This document shows, piece by piece, positions 1 to 12,583 of a stretch of 64,000 nucleotides of DNA. Both the position numbers and the translations under genes were made by a program. Origin of the DNA: Trichosphaerium sp. ATCC 40318 (taxonomy: Eukaryota > Protista > Tubulinea). How positions within the stretch are numbered: the stretch's first letter is position 1; each line of letters starts with the position of its first letter. The DNA lies in NCBI GenBank assembly GCA_038496445.1, contig JALMLS010000585.1, positions 62,001-126,000 of the forward strand, written 5' to 3'. Below the pieces are notes generated by a model. It did not search any database. It was not told the DNA's origin and saw nothing but the letters and a program-made list of their open reading frames with translations.

Positions 1-1505
1 CTCAAGCTTTAGAGTACACGTGGTGTATGGAGCACAATTTAGAGAATAAAGTACTTGCTAAACCCATGAATAGCGCGATGCCTAGATAGATAACCAAACT
101 CATACGCGATGGTAGAAGCGTCAAAAAAGTGACAGTTGATGCTGTAATAAATCGAACGAAAATAGCTGACTGTTGCTGAAAATACAAACTTGTCGGCGTT
201 GGGTTATTGTAAATAACGTTGTATTACTTGCATACTACACGCCATTAATGATAGAATACGCATGTATAAATGGTCTGAGTTATGTATATTGAAAAAGCAC
301 GCATTATCTCCTAGCTAGCTGGTGCTTAGGATAAGAGCGGATTAGGATGAATTAGTTTTTTCGGAAAACGCTGAAGCAATTTATCCCACCGTTGTCGCCA
401 CGCCTTTGAAGTTTACCTTCGGGCATGCTATTATTATTACGCAACTCAAGCCACTGTACCTCCACATACAACTTTTTACGACGTTACGGTACCCACGTGA
501 TTTCGCGATAGACGACTGAATATTAACATCACAGTGATAAATGGACGATGAATTTGGCCAACCAATGAGGTAAAGAATTCAATCAGTTCAACGTTTTGCC
601 CCTCTTAACACCTTCCTTAGCCATGATCGTAAAGCCAAGTAGCATATTGTTGTGAGGTTAGTGGCATGTCAAACTGCGCAGGATGATTTAATGCACCGTT
701 GAAATTTCTTGATGCTAGCAGCAACAAACCTAACAGCGTTAAGCTGAGACCTTGATTTGCGAAGTGAAGTATGTACTTTCGTTTGAGATTGTGTATGGAT
801 TTGAGAGCCTGTCGACAACGCATGCAACACAGGCATATGGGTAAGAACAATGGCAACACGTGCGTACTTTGTAACAATGCAGTTTTTCCTGGTTGCAGTT
901 TTTGAAGCATCAGACAACAGATTTAGTTAGTGGCGTTCCAACGAGTTGTTTAACGAAACAAAGGTGTTGTCGTGAAAAAGATCGCTCTTCCGTATCTGTG
1001 AATCTACACTTTTCATAGCCCTTTTTTCCTTTCCCATAATTACCATAAGTTCTTTGTAGACGACCATAAACAACAACGATCTAAAAACGAATCTACACGA
1101 AGCAAAAAAAGAAAAACACTCGGCACGTGCGTGTTGACGACATAAAACGATAAACGACGCTATCAAAACAGTTAAAGAGTTACAACAAGCATCACAATAC
1201 AAAGGAAATGTCAAAAACTCATGAAGTAATTTAATATCCAGAAAATCAAAAAAGTCAAAAAACTACCGTTTAAACGCTAGCATAAAATAAACAACAAAGT
1301 AGTTATGATACAAGAATTTACATTGGGTTTTATATATTCACACTTTTGGTACAATCGATTTTTTTACAAGCTTTTTTTGAGCTGTCGAAGGGAAAAAAAT
1401 TGGGTTTAAACCACCGGATAGTTGATTTCTATGCGTGGTATTCCGTTCGACATCGTTTTTTTCTGTTTTGAGGAGTCCAAATACAGAATAGAACGGTTCA
1501 TTTTC

Positions 1506-2212
1506 TTAGACGTACAACATCTCCACAACGAATGGAATAGACAAGAATATGCCTGCAACCATTGTCATGACTACGTATACGTTTTTGAAGTTGTCTTGCT
1601 TCGAATTGCTTTTGTATCGGCGGGTTTTTGTGTAAAGTGGCAGCGATGCCTCCTGTGATCTAAGAAATGCTCGAGTTCGTGCTTTCCGGCGAAATAGCTC
1701 TTGATCGCTTAGAGTTTTTCCAGTTTGCGCTTGTTTTCGTTTTGTAGGGCTGTAAAAGGCTGGTGTGGAAGAGATTGCTCTTTTGGGAGTGTTCGGTGTT
1801 TCACTTTCAACAACGGAAGGAAAACTTTGTTTCAGTACGCTCTTTGGTGCTTGCTAAATAAACGAGTGAGAAATACATACGTATGGAAGGAGAATTGCAG
1901 GTAAGTTGCTTCTTTTAGAAGGTCAGAAGAATGCTTCCATCCCCGCTTTCAAGTCTATTTACATTGTACACGCACCTTTGGTTTAGGTTTTGACTCCGTG
2001 ATGTCTTTCGCCTCCGAAATTGGGAGAGAAGAGTTCATTATTTTGAATGTATTAGCGCCCCATGATACACTTCGTGAAGAAGGCTTCAATTTATTGATTT
2101 TTGGTGAGGAAGGTTTGACTTGATCGTTTTGCGTTTGAGGATTGAATAGAGTGTCCATTGCGCTTGTATTAAATAATGTATTTGTATGGGTTGCGTTTAG
2201 GACTTTCAGCAT
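1506..2212 (-). CDS. Hypothetical tail-anchored membrane protein (spliced)
   Basis: ORF 1955-2212 (S/K/P-rich) plus a downstream exon ending ...KNVYVVMTMVAGIFLSIPFVVEMLYV* (stop 1506-1508), a single C-terminal hydrophobic helix. No family recognised. Confidence 0.55.
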
Positions 2213-2865
2213 TCGTTGGGACTATGTGCCTGTTTTGAAATATTAAATCTCCGCCACAGAAAAAGTTGGACCACACTCATTCCGTTGTTCCGAAATTTTA
2301 CTGCCATAAAAAGTGCAGACAAATAGTAAATCACAATTGGTTCATTTGTTACTATTATGGACTATTATAGCTTAAAAATGCGGAGTAATAACGTGCCAAT
2401 AGGTTACAAACAAAACCTGTTTTCCGTTGAAGAAAAAAATCAAATACAAGTATATTAATTGCTTTTGATGCTATTGCACGCGTTCCTACGTGAGCCTAAG
2501 AACGGTTGCTACATTTTCTTAACTACCCAAACTCCAACTCTATTAAAACTGCAGGAGTTAGTGATTCATCGTGCGTATTGTACGGGAGAATAACGGAACT
2601 ACAATAACTATACCCGTTGTTCAAAACGGCGCGAAAAAAAAGAAGCAAAAAGAAAAACAAATTAATGAAAAATTGATTGCAATGTTTTTCTTGAGGTCTA
2701 AAGATAACGCGGGGTTTTATTATTATTTTTGTTCTAGTATTGTTATTTCTTGCCTTCCTATTGATCTTTTCATCGTAATTATTGGTTTGCCCAAAGCAAT
2801 CCAAAGGGAAAGTGATAGAGAGAAGGCAAAGGCCTTTTTGATTTGTTTTTGGTTTGGGTTTTTTT

Positions 2866-5800
2866 CTAAAATTCTGGTGCCATTGTTAACGTGCCGAGCT
2901 CTTTTAATTTTTTGTTGGCATGTGCGCTTAGTAGAGCAACGAGTTGGTCCGCTAGTGCCCGCTGTCGGGCATCTTCTAACCATCCACTAAATTCTTTTTT
3001 CGTATTTTCTTCTTCGAGCGATGAAATCTCTTTAATTGCAGGTAGTAACTGTGCGTTTTCAAGGTAGTATGTAGCTCTCGAGATTTTTGACAATGCGTCA
3101 TCGCCTAGTACACAATATATGAGTACATTTTGACTGAAGCAAAGGAAGAAAATAAACGAGTAACGAAAAAAAAAAATGAAAAGAAAACAAAAGCTATTTT
3201 AAAGGACTGTTCTAGAGAAAGTCACGTGATGTGGAGTGTACCCGAGAGGAGTTCAGCTGTATGTTTATCTGTATATTCTCGCGTTATACTATATACACTA
3301 GCAGCAAATCGTTTAAGAATACCCTCGATTCCGCCTAATAGGAGTGAGTTACGGAGAGAAAAATAGAGTAGAAAAAAAAATAGAGGAGCAATTAAAGAAG
3401 TTCTTTTAGTGTGTTACAATCGTATCACAACGGGAAAGTTTGTAAGAATATACACAAGAACCAAAGCTCCAAGAGTACAACCCCGGCTGGAGTATAGTAC
3501 TCGGAGAATATCGGAAATTGTGATAAATTTAGAGTTCAAAAAAGTTCATTCGGCAAAAACAACCGATTTCTCAATCATGTTCCATACCTTGTTTCACATC
3601 AAAAGAAGCGTAATTTGCAGCACGTCTAGCGAGTTTAGCATTGGTTGTAAACTCCTCAAGGAGTGCGGGCATAGTAGCAACTCCATTCTTCACAGTTTCT
3701 TCTTTTACTGCGCTTAGGGATGCTTGTAGAGGTTTGTAGTCTAGGAAAGGAAAGTGAGTCCGCCGGCGCGGGATTAAGGTTGTACTTAAACTTAACAAGA
3801 GAAAAAGTAATTTGTAGCTTTTTTGTAGCTTATTAAGCTCCCCGCGGAATTATAAAAGGCCTCCGTACCCCGCGCAATTCGTTCAGAGCGTTTAAAGTCC
3901 GTTTCGAATGGTTCATTAGCGCTTACGGCTCTACGAAGTCCAAAAGCGATAGTACACAGGTTATTGACCTATAACGCAATCGGGGTTAGTATTCTAGTGA
4001 AAGGAGCAGTGTATCCCGTTTTGTAACGACTTTACGTAAGATCGTAACGGTTTGAAAAAAAAGCCAAAAAACGTTCTTTTTACGGTTTTCTGTAGGTACC
4101 TTAGCGACATTATTAACATATCCAATATACTTTTGACGCATGTTATATTCTATTTCTGCCAAATCACGGCCAGCTTCTTGTATACCAACACCGTGATGCT
4201 AAAAAAAAAAATCAATCAATTTTTTTTTCGATCCTTTCAAAAGGGGAATGTGTAACTGTTTATTATCGAGATTTTGGTGAATGAAGAAATGACTTACTTG
4301 GTCTAAAAACTCTTTTGTATCTTTTATAACATCTACTAGTTTTTTACGCCAAGCCATATCGAGTTCTTGCATTTGCATCCACATTTTCTTCTCCATTACT
4401 TCTTTTTCAAAATCTTTCTCTTCTTTAGCTTGTTCGAACTTCTAATATTGATACATATGATTAATAAAAATGCATACAATAAGTTTAAGAGAGAAAATAA
4501 AAAAGAGAAAAAAGAAGAAAATTCAAAGACATTTTGACACATGTTTCTTTTTTTTGACACTTTCTTTTTTGGCTTGATTTCATTCTACTGAAAAAAAAAC
4601 CTTATCACTCTGATTACGTACTTCAGCCAGTGAGAGTATTTCCGCAGTGAATTGATCTTGTATTTGTTTTTCAATTTGTTTTACGATATCATAAAGTTCT
4701 GCTGCTGTAGCAATGTTTTCTTTGCCTCCTTTTGGCCAAGTTTCCATTTGTTTAGAAATCTGACTTGTCCTTTCTGAAATTGCTTCCATTTTGGTGTATA
4801 CCTCTTGTGGTACGTCTCCAACTAATTCGTGATAAGTAAAACCCGAAAAAGAAGAATAGAATAGACCAAACCGCATTTTTCTGAAAAATCAGAAATTTCC
4901 AGCAAAAGAAACAACTAAGAACAACATGACTTACGGACGATTTGTACAACATTATCACCAATAGCTTCTTGAAGACCAGATGGTACCTTGCTCATATCAG
5001 GTTTACCATCTTCATCAACATATTCATGACCCTAAGAGCAGACAAACGTAAATATCTTCGAAGACAAGCTTTTTTTTAAAGTTTTTTACAAATAAAATTA
5101 TTCGTACTTGAGGTGGCGCCTTGAACTCTTCAGATGCCTCTTCTTGTTCACTTGAAGCTTCTGTCTCCTGTGATGAAGCTTCTAAAATTTCCTTGACTTC
5201 TGAAACAATTTCTCCTGTATCTACAGGAGCCTCTTCGGCCTCTACAGTAACTTCTTCATCTGTTTCGTTCCTTAGAGGCTCTCTAACATCACTAACAGGA
5301 AGAACTTCGCTGGTAGAGATTTTATCCTCTTCCTCATCTACAATAGCTTGTTCTCCTTCAAGTGGTTCAGTAAGCCGTGCTTCTTCCCTCTCTATAGTCT
5401 TTCTAACTATTAATTCGACTTTCTCTTCGTGAGTCAAATCAGGTTGAGCATCAAAAACTTCTAAAGCGCTATCGAACAATGCAAGCTCCAAAGCTGGTGG
5501 CATAGCTCCAATACGCTCTATCATATAATCTACAGCAGCTAGAAGTAGTGTAGGTAGCTCTGAGTTATCAGAAGACTCAACAGGAGCTAACGAACTAGTA
5601 AGTATTTCTGGAAACTTAGACTTTGTGTACCTGGAGCATCAACTTCAGGTGTAGCAGGCGGAGCCTCCACAGGGACGGCAGGCTTGGTTTCAACGTCAGA
5701 GTCTACAACAGGTTTTACTGGTTCAGGTTCTGGCTCTGGTTCTGGTTCAGGCTCAGGCTTGGTTTTGATAGCTGGAGATTCGTCTATGATGTGTTTAGAG

Positions 5801-6357
5801 GGTGATACAACAAACGTAATTATTGCCAATGATTAGCAAAACTTTTGTATTTAAACGGCTTCTATTAGGGATTGCTCTAAAGGCTAGTAAGGCATTGTAC
5901 CTGCTAATTTATCGTCCTCGTTAGTGAAAAAAGTGTCGCTTAATTTATCTTTGGACACTACGTCATCAGACCAGCTGGGTACGTGTTTTTGTGGTACTGG
6001 CGGAAAGAATGTGGTCTTTAATTGATTTATACCCTCACTTTGACATTTTTGTTAATAATTTTGCTTTAAAAGCACGTTGACGCACAGTAATTCGTCTTGA
6101 AATAAATAACCAACCACTAACGTTGTCAATTGAAGTTTTATGATGAAAATGTACCTGAGGCACCAACAACGGCTGCACCAGCGACACCAATCACTACAGT
6201 GCTACGTTGTGAACCAGAAGGCTTTGTAGCGTACGTTCTTGTATACTGTTTCTTACGTTGGTTCGAACGCTAGTCGCTATGTTATTAACGAATTTTAGAG
6301 TAAAATACGTACATAATTTTGGCTGTGGTTGCCTGCCCTGGCAAGAGCGCGGTACAT
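2866..6357 (-). CDS. MIC60: MICOS subunit Mic60 / mitofilin (multi-exon)
   Basis: ATG 6357 (MYRALARAGNH..., presequence-like), acidic/Pro-rich linker, coiled coil, C-terminal mitofilin domain (ISRATYYLENAQLLPAIKEISSL...GWLEDARQRALADQLVALLSAHA). Confidence 0.85.
5719..5760 (-). repeat. Coding (Pro-Glu)n tandem repeat in MIC60
   Basis: ggttca/ggttct/ggctct hexamers encode KPEPEPEPEPEPV. Confidence 0.8.
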
Positions 6358-6489
6358 GTTTAATGGTTAGTGTAACAGCGTCGAAGAAGCGTTTCTCAAT
6401 GGTGACTTCCTAAAAAAACTGTTGTGTAAGAAATCTGCTGAAACGAAAAACAATTGACTTTGTACAAACTCAGAGGTGAAGTCAGCCAC

Positions 6490-7043
6490 ATGTTGTTTTC
6501 TGATTTGGAGGAAACAGGTGATGCTGTACCTCTTGACGTAGAATGCGAGACTTGTGAGCTATTACAACATGCCAGCGACATTAAAAAGAAAACAAACGCT
6601 GCCAAAGTGACAGAAGTACCCATGAATATAGTTGAGGATGATAACGAGCAATTTTGGGAAGACGAGGTTCGAATTCACCTTTATCTTTAGTTTACGATGC
6701 AAAACTAATTGTATAGGATCCACCAGGGTTAGTAGAGATTGGTAATGCTGGCTGGACGTTATTACACTCCATTGCTGCTTATTACCCAAAAACGCCTACA
6801 TTGTCCGAAAAGAGGCATACACAACAATTTTTACGCTCAATGGCGAAAGTTTTTCCTTGTAAAGACTGTGGGAAAGATTTTGAACAAATAATGAACGAAA
6901 CACCTCCAGCGCTCACCAATCAACATGATTTTGCACAGTGGATGTGTGAAGCACATAATAATGTAAATAGACAGTTAGGTAAGCCTGAGTTTGATTGTAA
7001 TAAAGTAAGAGAAAGGTGGCGATGGGAGCATCACGCACACTAA
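6490..7043 (+). CDS. ERV1: Erv1/ALR FAD-linked sulfhydryl oxidase (2 exons, intron 6667-6716)
   Basis: N-terminal shuttle CETC; EIGNAGWTLLHSIAAYYP; redox CKDC; WMCEAHNNVNRQLGKPEFDC. Confidence 0.93.
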
Positions 7044-7246
7044 AAAAAAATGTAATAAACAGCACTTAGCTGCTTCTCAAAAAAACCAAAAAAGGGTTAG
7101 GTTAAATGCAACGTCTTTTCGGCACACGTGACAAACACTTGTCAATGGTATTCTTCCTTAACTTTCATCAAGTAGGATCTTTTATTCCCAGCTTGACTTA
7201 GCATCGTTTAACGTGTCTTGTATTTTATACCTACCTTTATTCCAAA

Positions 7247-8204
7247 ATGCAAAGCTCGACATCTAATGAAGGTGGGGAGACCAAGAGAGATCTCGTTGAT
7301 GCGCCTTTAGAGTGTAAAAGTATCGTAAGCGCTCCTCAGGATATTCTCTTCGAAATATTTAGTGCTACAGATAACAAAAGTAGGTATATGATCGCGCAAA
7401 CGTGCAGGTAAGCTAATGTTGACCCGTTTTTGGAAATATTGTTTATTTAAGACGCTATTGTTTTTACAACGACTAACGATGCCAAGACACTTATCAAACG
7501 TTATACATGCACGTGTTGGGTATATATCAGCTATTGTTAAACCTCATAATGTCCGAAGAATCGTGATGTATCCAGGAGTTTTAAACAATACAAAGATTAT
7601 TTTATTTGGGGATTTCTCAGCAGTGCATCTGATCTACCTCGCTAAAGCCAAACATTTAGACATATCTATATATACACTATCAAAATCTAAGTTTATACAT
7701 ACTATAGATGGGCGTATGCAAGTATTATCATGTGTTCAAAAGATCAATCTTTGGGCATCTTATATTTTCACGTCTGGCATTAAACATCTCACTAAAGTAC
7801 ACACTATTAACCTTGGTGCAACTAATGTATCTGATAAGCACCTTAAGATGCTATCTGGAGTACATACAATTATTCTAACTCATTGTGAGAATATATCTGA
7901 TGAAGGAATCAAAGCATTAAAAGGAGTTTATAAAATAGACCTTGAGAACACGAAAGTAACTGATGAAGCACTGTTTTCTCTTTGTAACGTAAAAGATATC
8001 TCTCTGGCTTTTTGCCATGAGATATCTGATGCTGGTGTAAGTTCTCTAGTAGGTGCAAGTGCACTTAATCTTGCAGGGTGCTTTCGTATTACAGACAAAG
8101 GCGTTTATCCTTTGGTTGGTGTTAAAGAGATTGTCTTGAGTGGAACAAAAGTATCACGTGAATGCCAAAAATCATTGCTAGAACGTGGTACCAAGATATT
8201 GTAA
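7247..8204 (+). CDS. F-box/LRR protein (exon 7247-7407, intron 7408-7486, exon 7487-8204)
   Basis: Exon 1 encodes F-box-like APQDILFEIFSATDNKSRYMIAQTCR. GTAAGC donor, CTAAC branch point and a phase-compatible AG join it to VHTINLGATNVSDKHLKML-type LRRs. Confidence 0.8.
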
Positions 8205-9309
8205 CACAATGTAATTAGTGCACGTGTATGTACAAATAAAGAACACTGATGAAATTAACACTGTAGAGACATTAAGTGCTGTTTGTAAGCCATTAAGTGC
8301 TAGAAGTTGATTGGCTATGTTCTATTCAAGTCTGTTTAGGTCAATCAACCATAACAACCAAGCGTTTACACTTACCAACTAGCTCCTATTATCATCTTTG
8401 TAGTTATAACATAATATGCGTCCTATTTTCAAAGGTCCTAGCTCTTGTAAGGCAAGACACATGCTTACAACCCCAGATGTACGTTTAAAACTAACAAGAA
8501 GACGCTGAAACTAACTAACACAGTTGAAAGCTCGTATATACCAACAAGCATACGAAAACAAAACGGAAGAAAATGGGCTAACAGAACCCGTTTATAGAGA
8601 CAATTTGGCTAAGTACGTATACACTCTCCTTGGTGTTTCTTGAGGATTGTTTGTAATAAACGGGTCTTGTGTGCTTGCAGCTGTTAGTGAATAATCGCTC
8701 ATGGGCGAATTTGTTTTTGAAGGTAATCTATTTACAGAAATAGATTTGGCTCAATGTTGATAACATCACAGGCTGAAATAAAAACTGAAGATAATTCTCT
8801 ACTGGATTTGCTAAAAGAAGGCTACATTACTCTTGAAGAGTTCAAAAAAAGGAGAACCCAACTTGCACTGTTATCCAAACACATGGCTGAACAATATATT
8901 TTCTTTCAGCCAACTTGGGAGTGGCTTTAGAATAAACACAACAAAGCAACACAACGAATACAAGTGCAAGTCAACCAATAAAACTATTCTTTCAACGTAT
9001 CCTGTAATAAGATATTAAGGTAATGATCTGAGACTAAAGAGGCTCCGTGAGAGTCCGAGATATAACGTGAGAGCATCCTAACTTATGTATAGAATAGAAA
9101 TACCTTATCTCCGTTACATAACCTGGCACGCAATGAATGTCACACAAAACCCTGATAACCTGCTCTCCTCTAATATCACTTGCAAATGATGATGATTGGC
9201 CTACGCCACTGTACACTGATAGGACGTTTGTCTCTTCTACATTTTTCTTTGAGTTCTCATTCAAACAAAAAGCAGTATATGAAACAAGGTTTTATTAATA
9301 TTGTAGTTT

Positions 9310-10653
9310 TTAATGTTGAGCTACCTCAACCAAGTATGCTAGAGCAGCAGCTGTTACAACACGAACATGAGCAAAGTCTACACCACTTATTTCATCGTGA
9401 GCTGAATGCTTAGCATTTCCATAAACAATAGAGTCAATAGGACCTTCTGCAATATAAGCAGAACGATATCCATGGATATGAAAAGAATGAAAATCACTAT
9501 CTGCTCTTCCTGCTTCATCACTCCATTTTACAGGAGTCTCAGGTAGATATGTATCGAATATAGTTTCCATCAAATAAGATAACTCTGGGTCAGTGTTATC
9601 CTTATAAATAGCAATTTCTGGATTTTTAGGATTCATGACGTAACCAAGTTGATCTAGCTGTAAAATAGATACAATAGGTGTTTTTGATACAGCATATGAT
9701 GCTGCTACATCTAAACTACCATATAAACCTTCTTCTTCAGCACTGAAACCAATTAAACCGATGTTCTTCATGTTTCCTTGAAAGTTGAATTTTTTCAATA
9801 TTCTTGCTATTTCTATCAAAGCAGCTATTCCTGTTGCATCATCGTTTGCTCCTGGTGCGTAACCACACTCAACATTTGTTGTCATATTCTGTCTGTTGAT
9901 AGAATCGATGTGTGCTCCAAGTAAGACGAGTTTATCGATTTTTTCATTATTTCCTCTCACAGCAATGACAGATCTTTGAGCCCAAGCATGCTTGAATGCT
10001 GTTACTCTTCCTTGTCCTATATTTGCTGCTAGCTGTTCTAGTACCCATTGAGATGCTTTAACACCTCCCTCGCTTTGATAGTACCTATTGTGGTAGCTGC
10101 TGAGGTGTTTGACTGTCTCTCTGAGGTTACTCTCTGAGATTTCGTTAATCATCTCTTTAATCAAGGCACTGTTCGTAGCTCTCCCTGGGATGGTAGAATT
10201 GTAGATTGCAGGGCCATGCGCTGCAGTTGTAAACTCCCAATCAGAAATCTCCTCATTTACTCCTCCGTTGATATCACCAGAGAAACTACCGTTTGTAACG
10301 TGGACACGGTACTTAACGGGATGTTTTAGTAGGTTTTCAGGCAAGTCAAAGTTAACTGTTGCGCCAGAGACCCAAATGAAGCGTGATACTGCTCCTGTTG
10401 TAAAAACAACCTTTTCATTTGCTAGAACGGTTATTACGCCTTCTTTGACGGTAGATACGGGCTGATTCCATTCCATTGAGAATCGTGTACATCTAGAAGT
10501 TCTAGTACAGCGCTGAAATAGATTGAAATCAGGCGGTATTATCGTTTTAGGATCTGGCGTAACGCGAAGAAGCTTTAGGCCTTCATTCTTTATGTTAGCG
10601 CTACAAAGAGCAAATAGTACCGCGACTGCAAGCGTAATTAATGTGATGCGCAT
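9310..10653 (-). CDS. Secreted M28-family Zn aminopeptidase with N-terminal Ig-like (Big_5/SbsA-like) domain; intronless
   Basis: Signal peptide; motifs GAHIDS, APGANDDATG, AEEEGLYGS, QLDQLGY, SDFHSF, KHSAHD. The N-terminal beta-rich domain ends in WEFTT. Confidence 0.88.
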   Translation of the reverse strand: MRITLITLAVAVLFALCSANIKNEGLKLLRVTPDPKTIIPPDFNLFQRCTRTSRCTRFSMEWNQPVSTVKEGVITVLANEKVVFTTGAVSRFIWVSGATVNFDLPENLLKHPVKYRVHVTNGSFSGDINGGVNEEISDWEFTTAAHGPAIYNSTIPGRATNSALIKEMINEISESNLRETVKHLSSYHNRYYQSEGGVKASQWVLEQLAANIGQGRVTAFKHAWAQRSVIAVRGNNEKIDKLVLLGAHIDSINRQNMTTNVECGYAPGANDDATGIAALIEIARILKKFNFQGNMKNIGLIGFSAEEEGLYGSLDVAASYAVSKTPIVSILQLDQLGYVMNPKNPEIAIYKDNTDPELSYLMETIFDTYLPETPVKWSDEAGRADSDFHSFHIHGYRSAYIAEGPIDSIVYGNAKHSAHDEISGVDFAHVRVVTAAALAYLVEVAQH

Positions 10654-11488
10654 TACAGAAGGTGTGTGGGTTATAATAAAAAGGATATGACGAATTCGTT
10701 ATTTAGACAATTAAGGAAGGTTAATTTTATCTAGGTAGAAAGAGGCAACAGTGAGACATCTTTATGTAAACGGCTTTTACCTTTAAATTAGCATGTCAGT
10801 TTTAATTGAACCATTTCCGCCTTTTATCACTTTGGTGTGCGTAGAATACGCTATTGCAAGTATTGCAACAACATAAGGTGTCATTTTAAGCCAGAATGAT
10901 GTCAACAAGCGAAAGTGTCAAAGAATTGAAAGAATTCGTGTCTTACTCTTTTACTAGTCATCAATTACAGTAGAATGCATAAGAGCACTTAAACTACAAC
11001 AAACATGGCGACTTAAACAAATTATGTGTAGAAAGTATAATGTAGCTTATTGTAGATACTGTAGTTAAAAAAACCAAAAAAACCACCAATCAAAAATGAC
11101 ACTGTCAAAATGTTTGGCTTGACATGTTATATGCTAGATCAACAGCTCGACTAAGTTACGCATATTTATTCACCAGCTGATGTCATTGTACTATTTTTTT
11201 AAGCGGGCGAAATTAGGCTTGCGTGCAGTTTTCGCTATTATAATATCACGTGTTATTCTTCATGACCTTTTGTATTTCTCCCATGTTTTAAAATACCACA
11301 TCATTTGTAGCGCAATAGGTACTTACAGTTGCAATATCCTAGGAACCGGGAATCAACAATTAAAAGGTGCTACCGAAAAAAGAAGACCTACACTTGATAC
11401 GAACAACATTCAGCTAATCTTATAACCATATTTGACAGCTTAACTAAATCATCACAACAAACCCTACAAGCACATCTGACACTATTCT

Positions 11489-12583
11489 ATGTTGCTAAAA
11501 CACAGTCAAAGTGAAGAACAAGAAAAATCTCTTCAACACGTGCCGCCAGAGACGCTTACGTATATACTAAGTTACTTGGACAAGAAAGAGCGTATTAGCA
11601 ACACGAGAGTTTGTCATTTATTAAATAACATCATTCGCAATAACCTTGGCTTTTCGTGGATCAGATTGAAAGAAGCAGCAGATTGTAATGTTCTGAAAGA
11701 CAGCCCATTACTTAAAAACACCTTCATTCTTTGCTACAGCTTAGAACTATCAAAGGCAGACTATTCTTGTCTTTCTGGTGTTAACTCAATAGTCCTCGCT
11801 AATTCAAAAATAACAGATGAAGGTGTACTTGCTTTGCTCGATGGAGGAAGACATACAATCAAATATATTGATTTGACAAACACACAAATAACAGATGTTT
11901 CATTAAAAGCACTCAGAGGTGTAAAGGTGATACAAATCAGGAAGTGTATGAATATCACTGTCGAAGGTATCAAGCACCTCAAAAATGCACGTGATATTTC
12001 AATTGAGAGTAATCCAAAGGATTCGTGGCTTCAACACCTCAGCAATCTTAACAAAGTTGACATAAGTGACGGGATATCAATTACAGATGAAGGAATAAAG
12101 GCACTACTACACGTCAAATACCTATCCTTGAGCAACTGTCAAGCGATAACAGCCTCAGGTTTGAAGCACTTGACTGATCTAAGGCGTCTTAAAATATTTG
12201 ATTGTTCTAATATTACACGTGTAGCAGTGGCTAATCTCGTACGCCTTGAAATAGACCTGTGTGATAATATTACGGATGAAAGCTTGAAGGACTTACCAAA
12301 TCTCACATACCTTGAACTGTATCAATGTACTGAGATTACAAGTGTATCATTGGCTAATCTTAGATACCTTACGATATTCGGATGTTATAATATTACTGAT
12401 AGAGGTTTGAATAAGTTGGTCAATCTTGAGACACTTGAAATCAATAGTTGTTACAATATTTTTGGCTCTTGTTTAAAGTACATGAAATCTCTCAAGAGTT
12501 TAGAATCTGATATTTATGTAAATGGAAAGAAATTGGTATCAATATACAATGAACAGTGTAAGACAAAAAAAAACATACGTTAA
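11489..12583 (+). CDS. F-box/LRR protein; intronless
   Basis: F-box LQHVPPETLTYILSYLDKKERISNTRVC followed by many LxLxxCxxITDxGLxxL repeats. Confidence 0.9.
   Translation: MLLKHSQSEEQEKSLQHVPPETLTYILSYLDKKERISNTRVCHLLNNIIRNNLGFSWIRLKEAADCNVLKDSPLLKNTFILCYSLELSKADYSCLSGVNSIVLANSKITDEGVLALLDGGRHTIKYIDLTNTQITDVSLKALRGVKVIQIRKCMNITVEGIKHLKNARDISIESNPKDSWLQHLSNLNKVDISDGISITDEGIKALLHVKYLSLSNCQAITASGLKHLTDLRRLKIFDCSNITRVAVANLVRLEIDLCDNITDESLKDLPNLTYLELYQCTEITSVSLANLRYLTIFGCYNITDRGLNKLVNLETLEINSCYNIFGSCLKYMKSLKSLESDIYVNGKKLVSIYNEQCKTKKNIR

Noticed and set aside
617-1214. Overlapping short minus-strand ORFs
   Set aside because: No recognisable domain, and no consistent exon chain could be built.
3868-3960. 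Apparent +1 frameshift in a MIC60 exon (an alternative frame reads DLNALNEL)
   Set aside because: The unshifted frame (PFETDFKRSERIAR) ends in phase 1 and joins the next exon correctly, so no recoding is needed.
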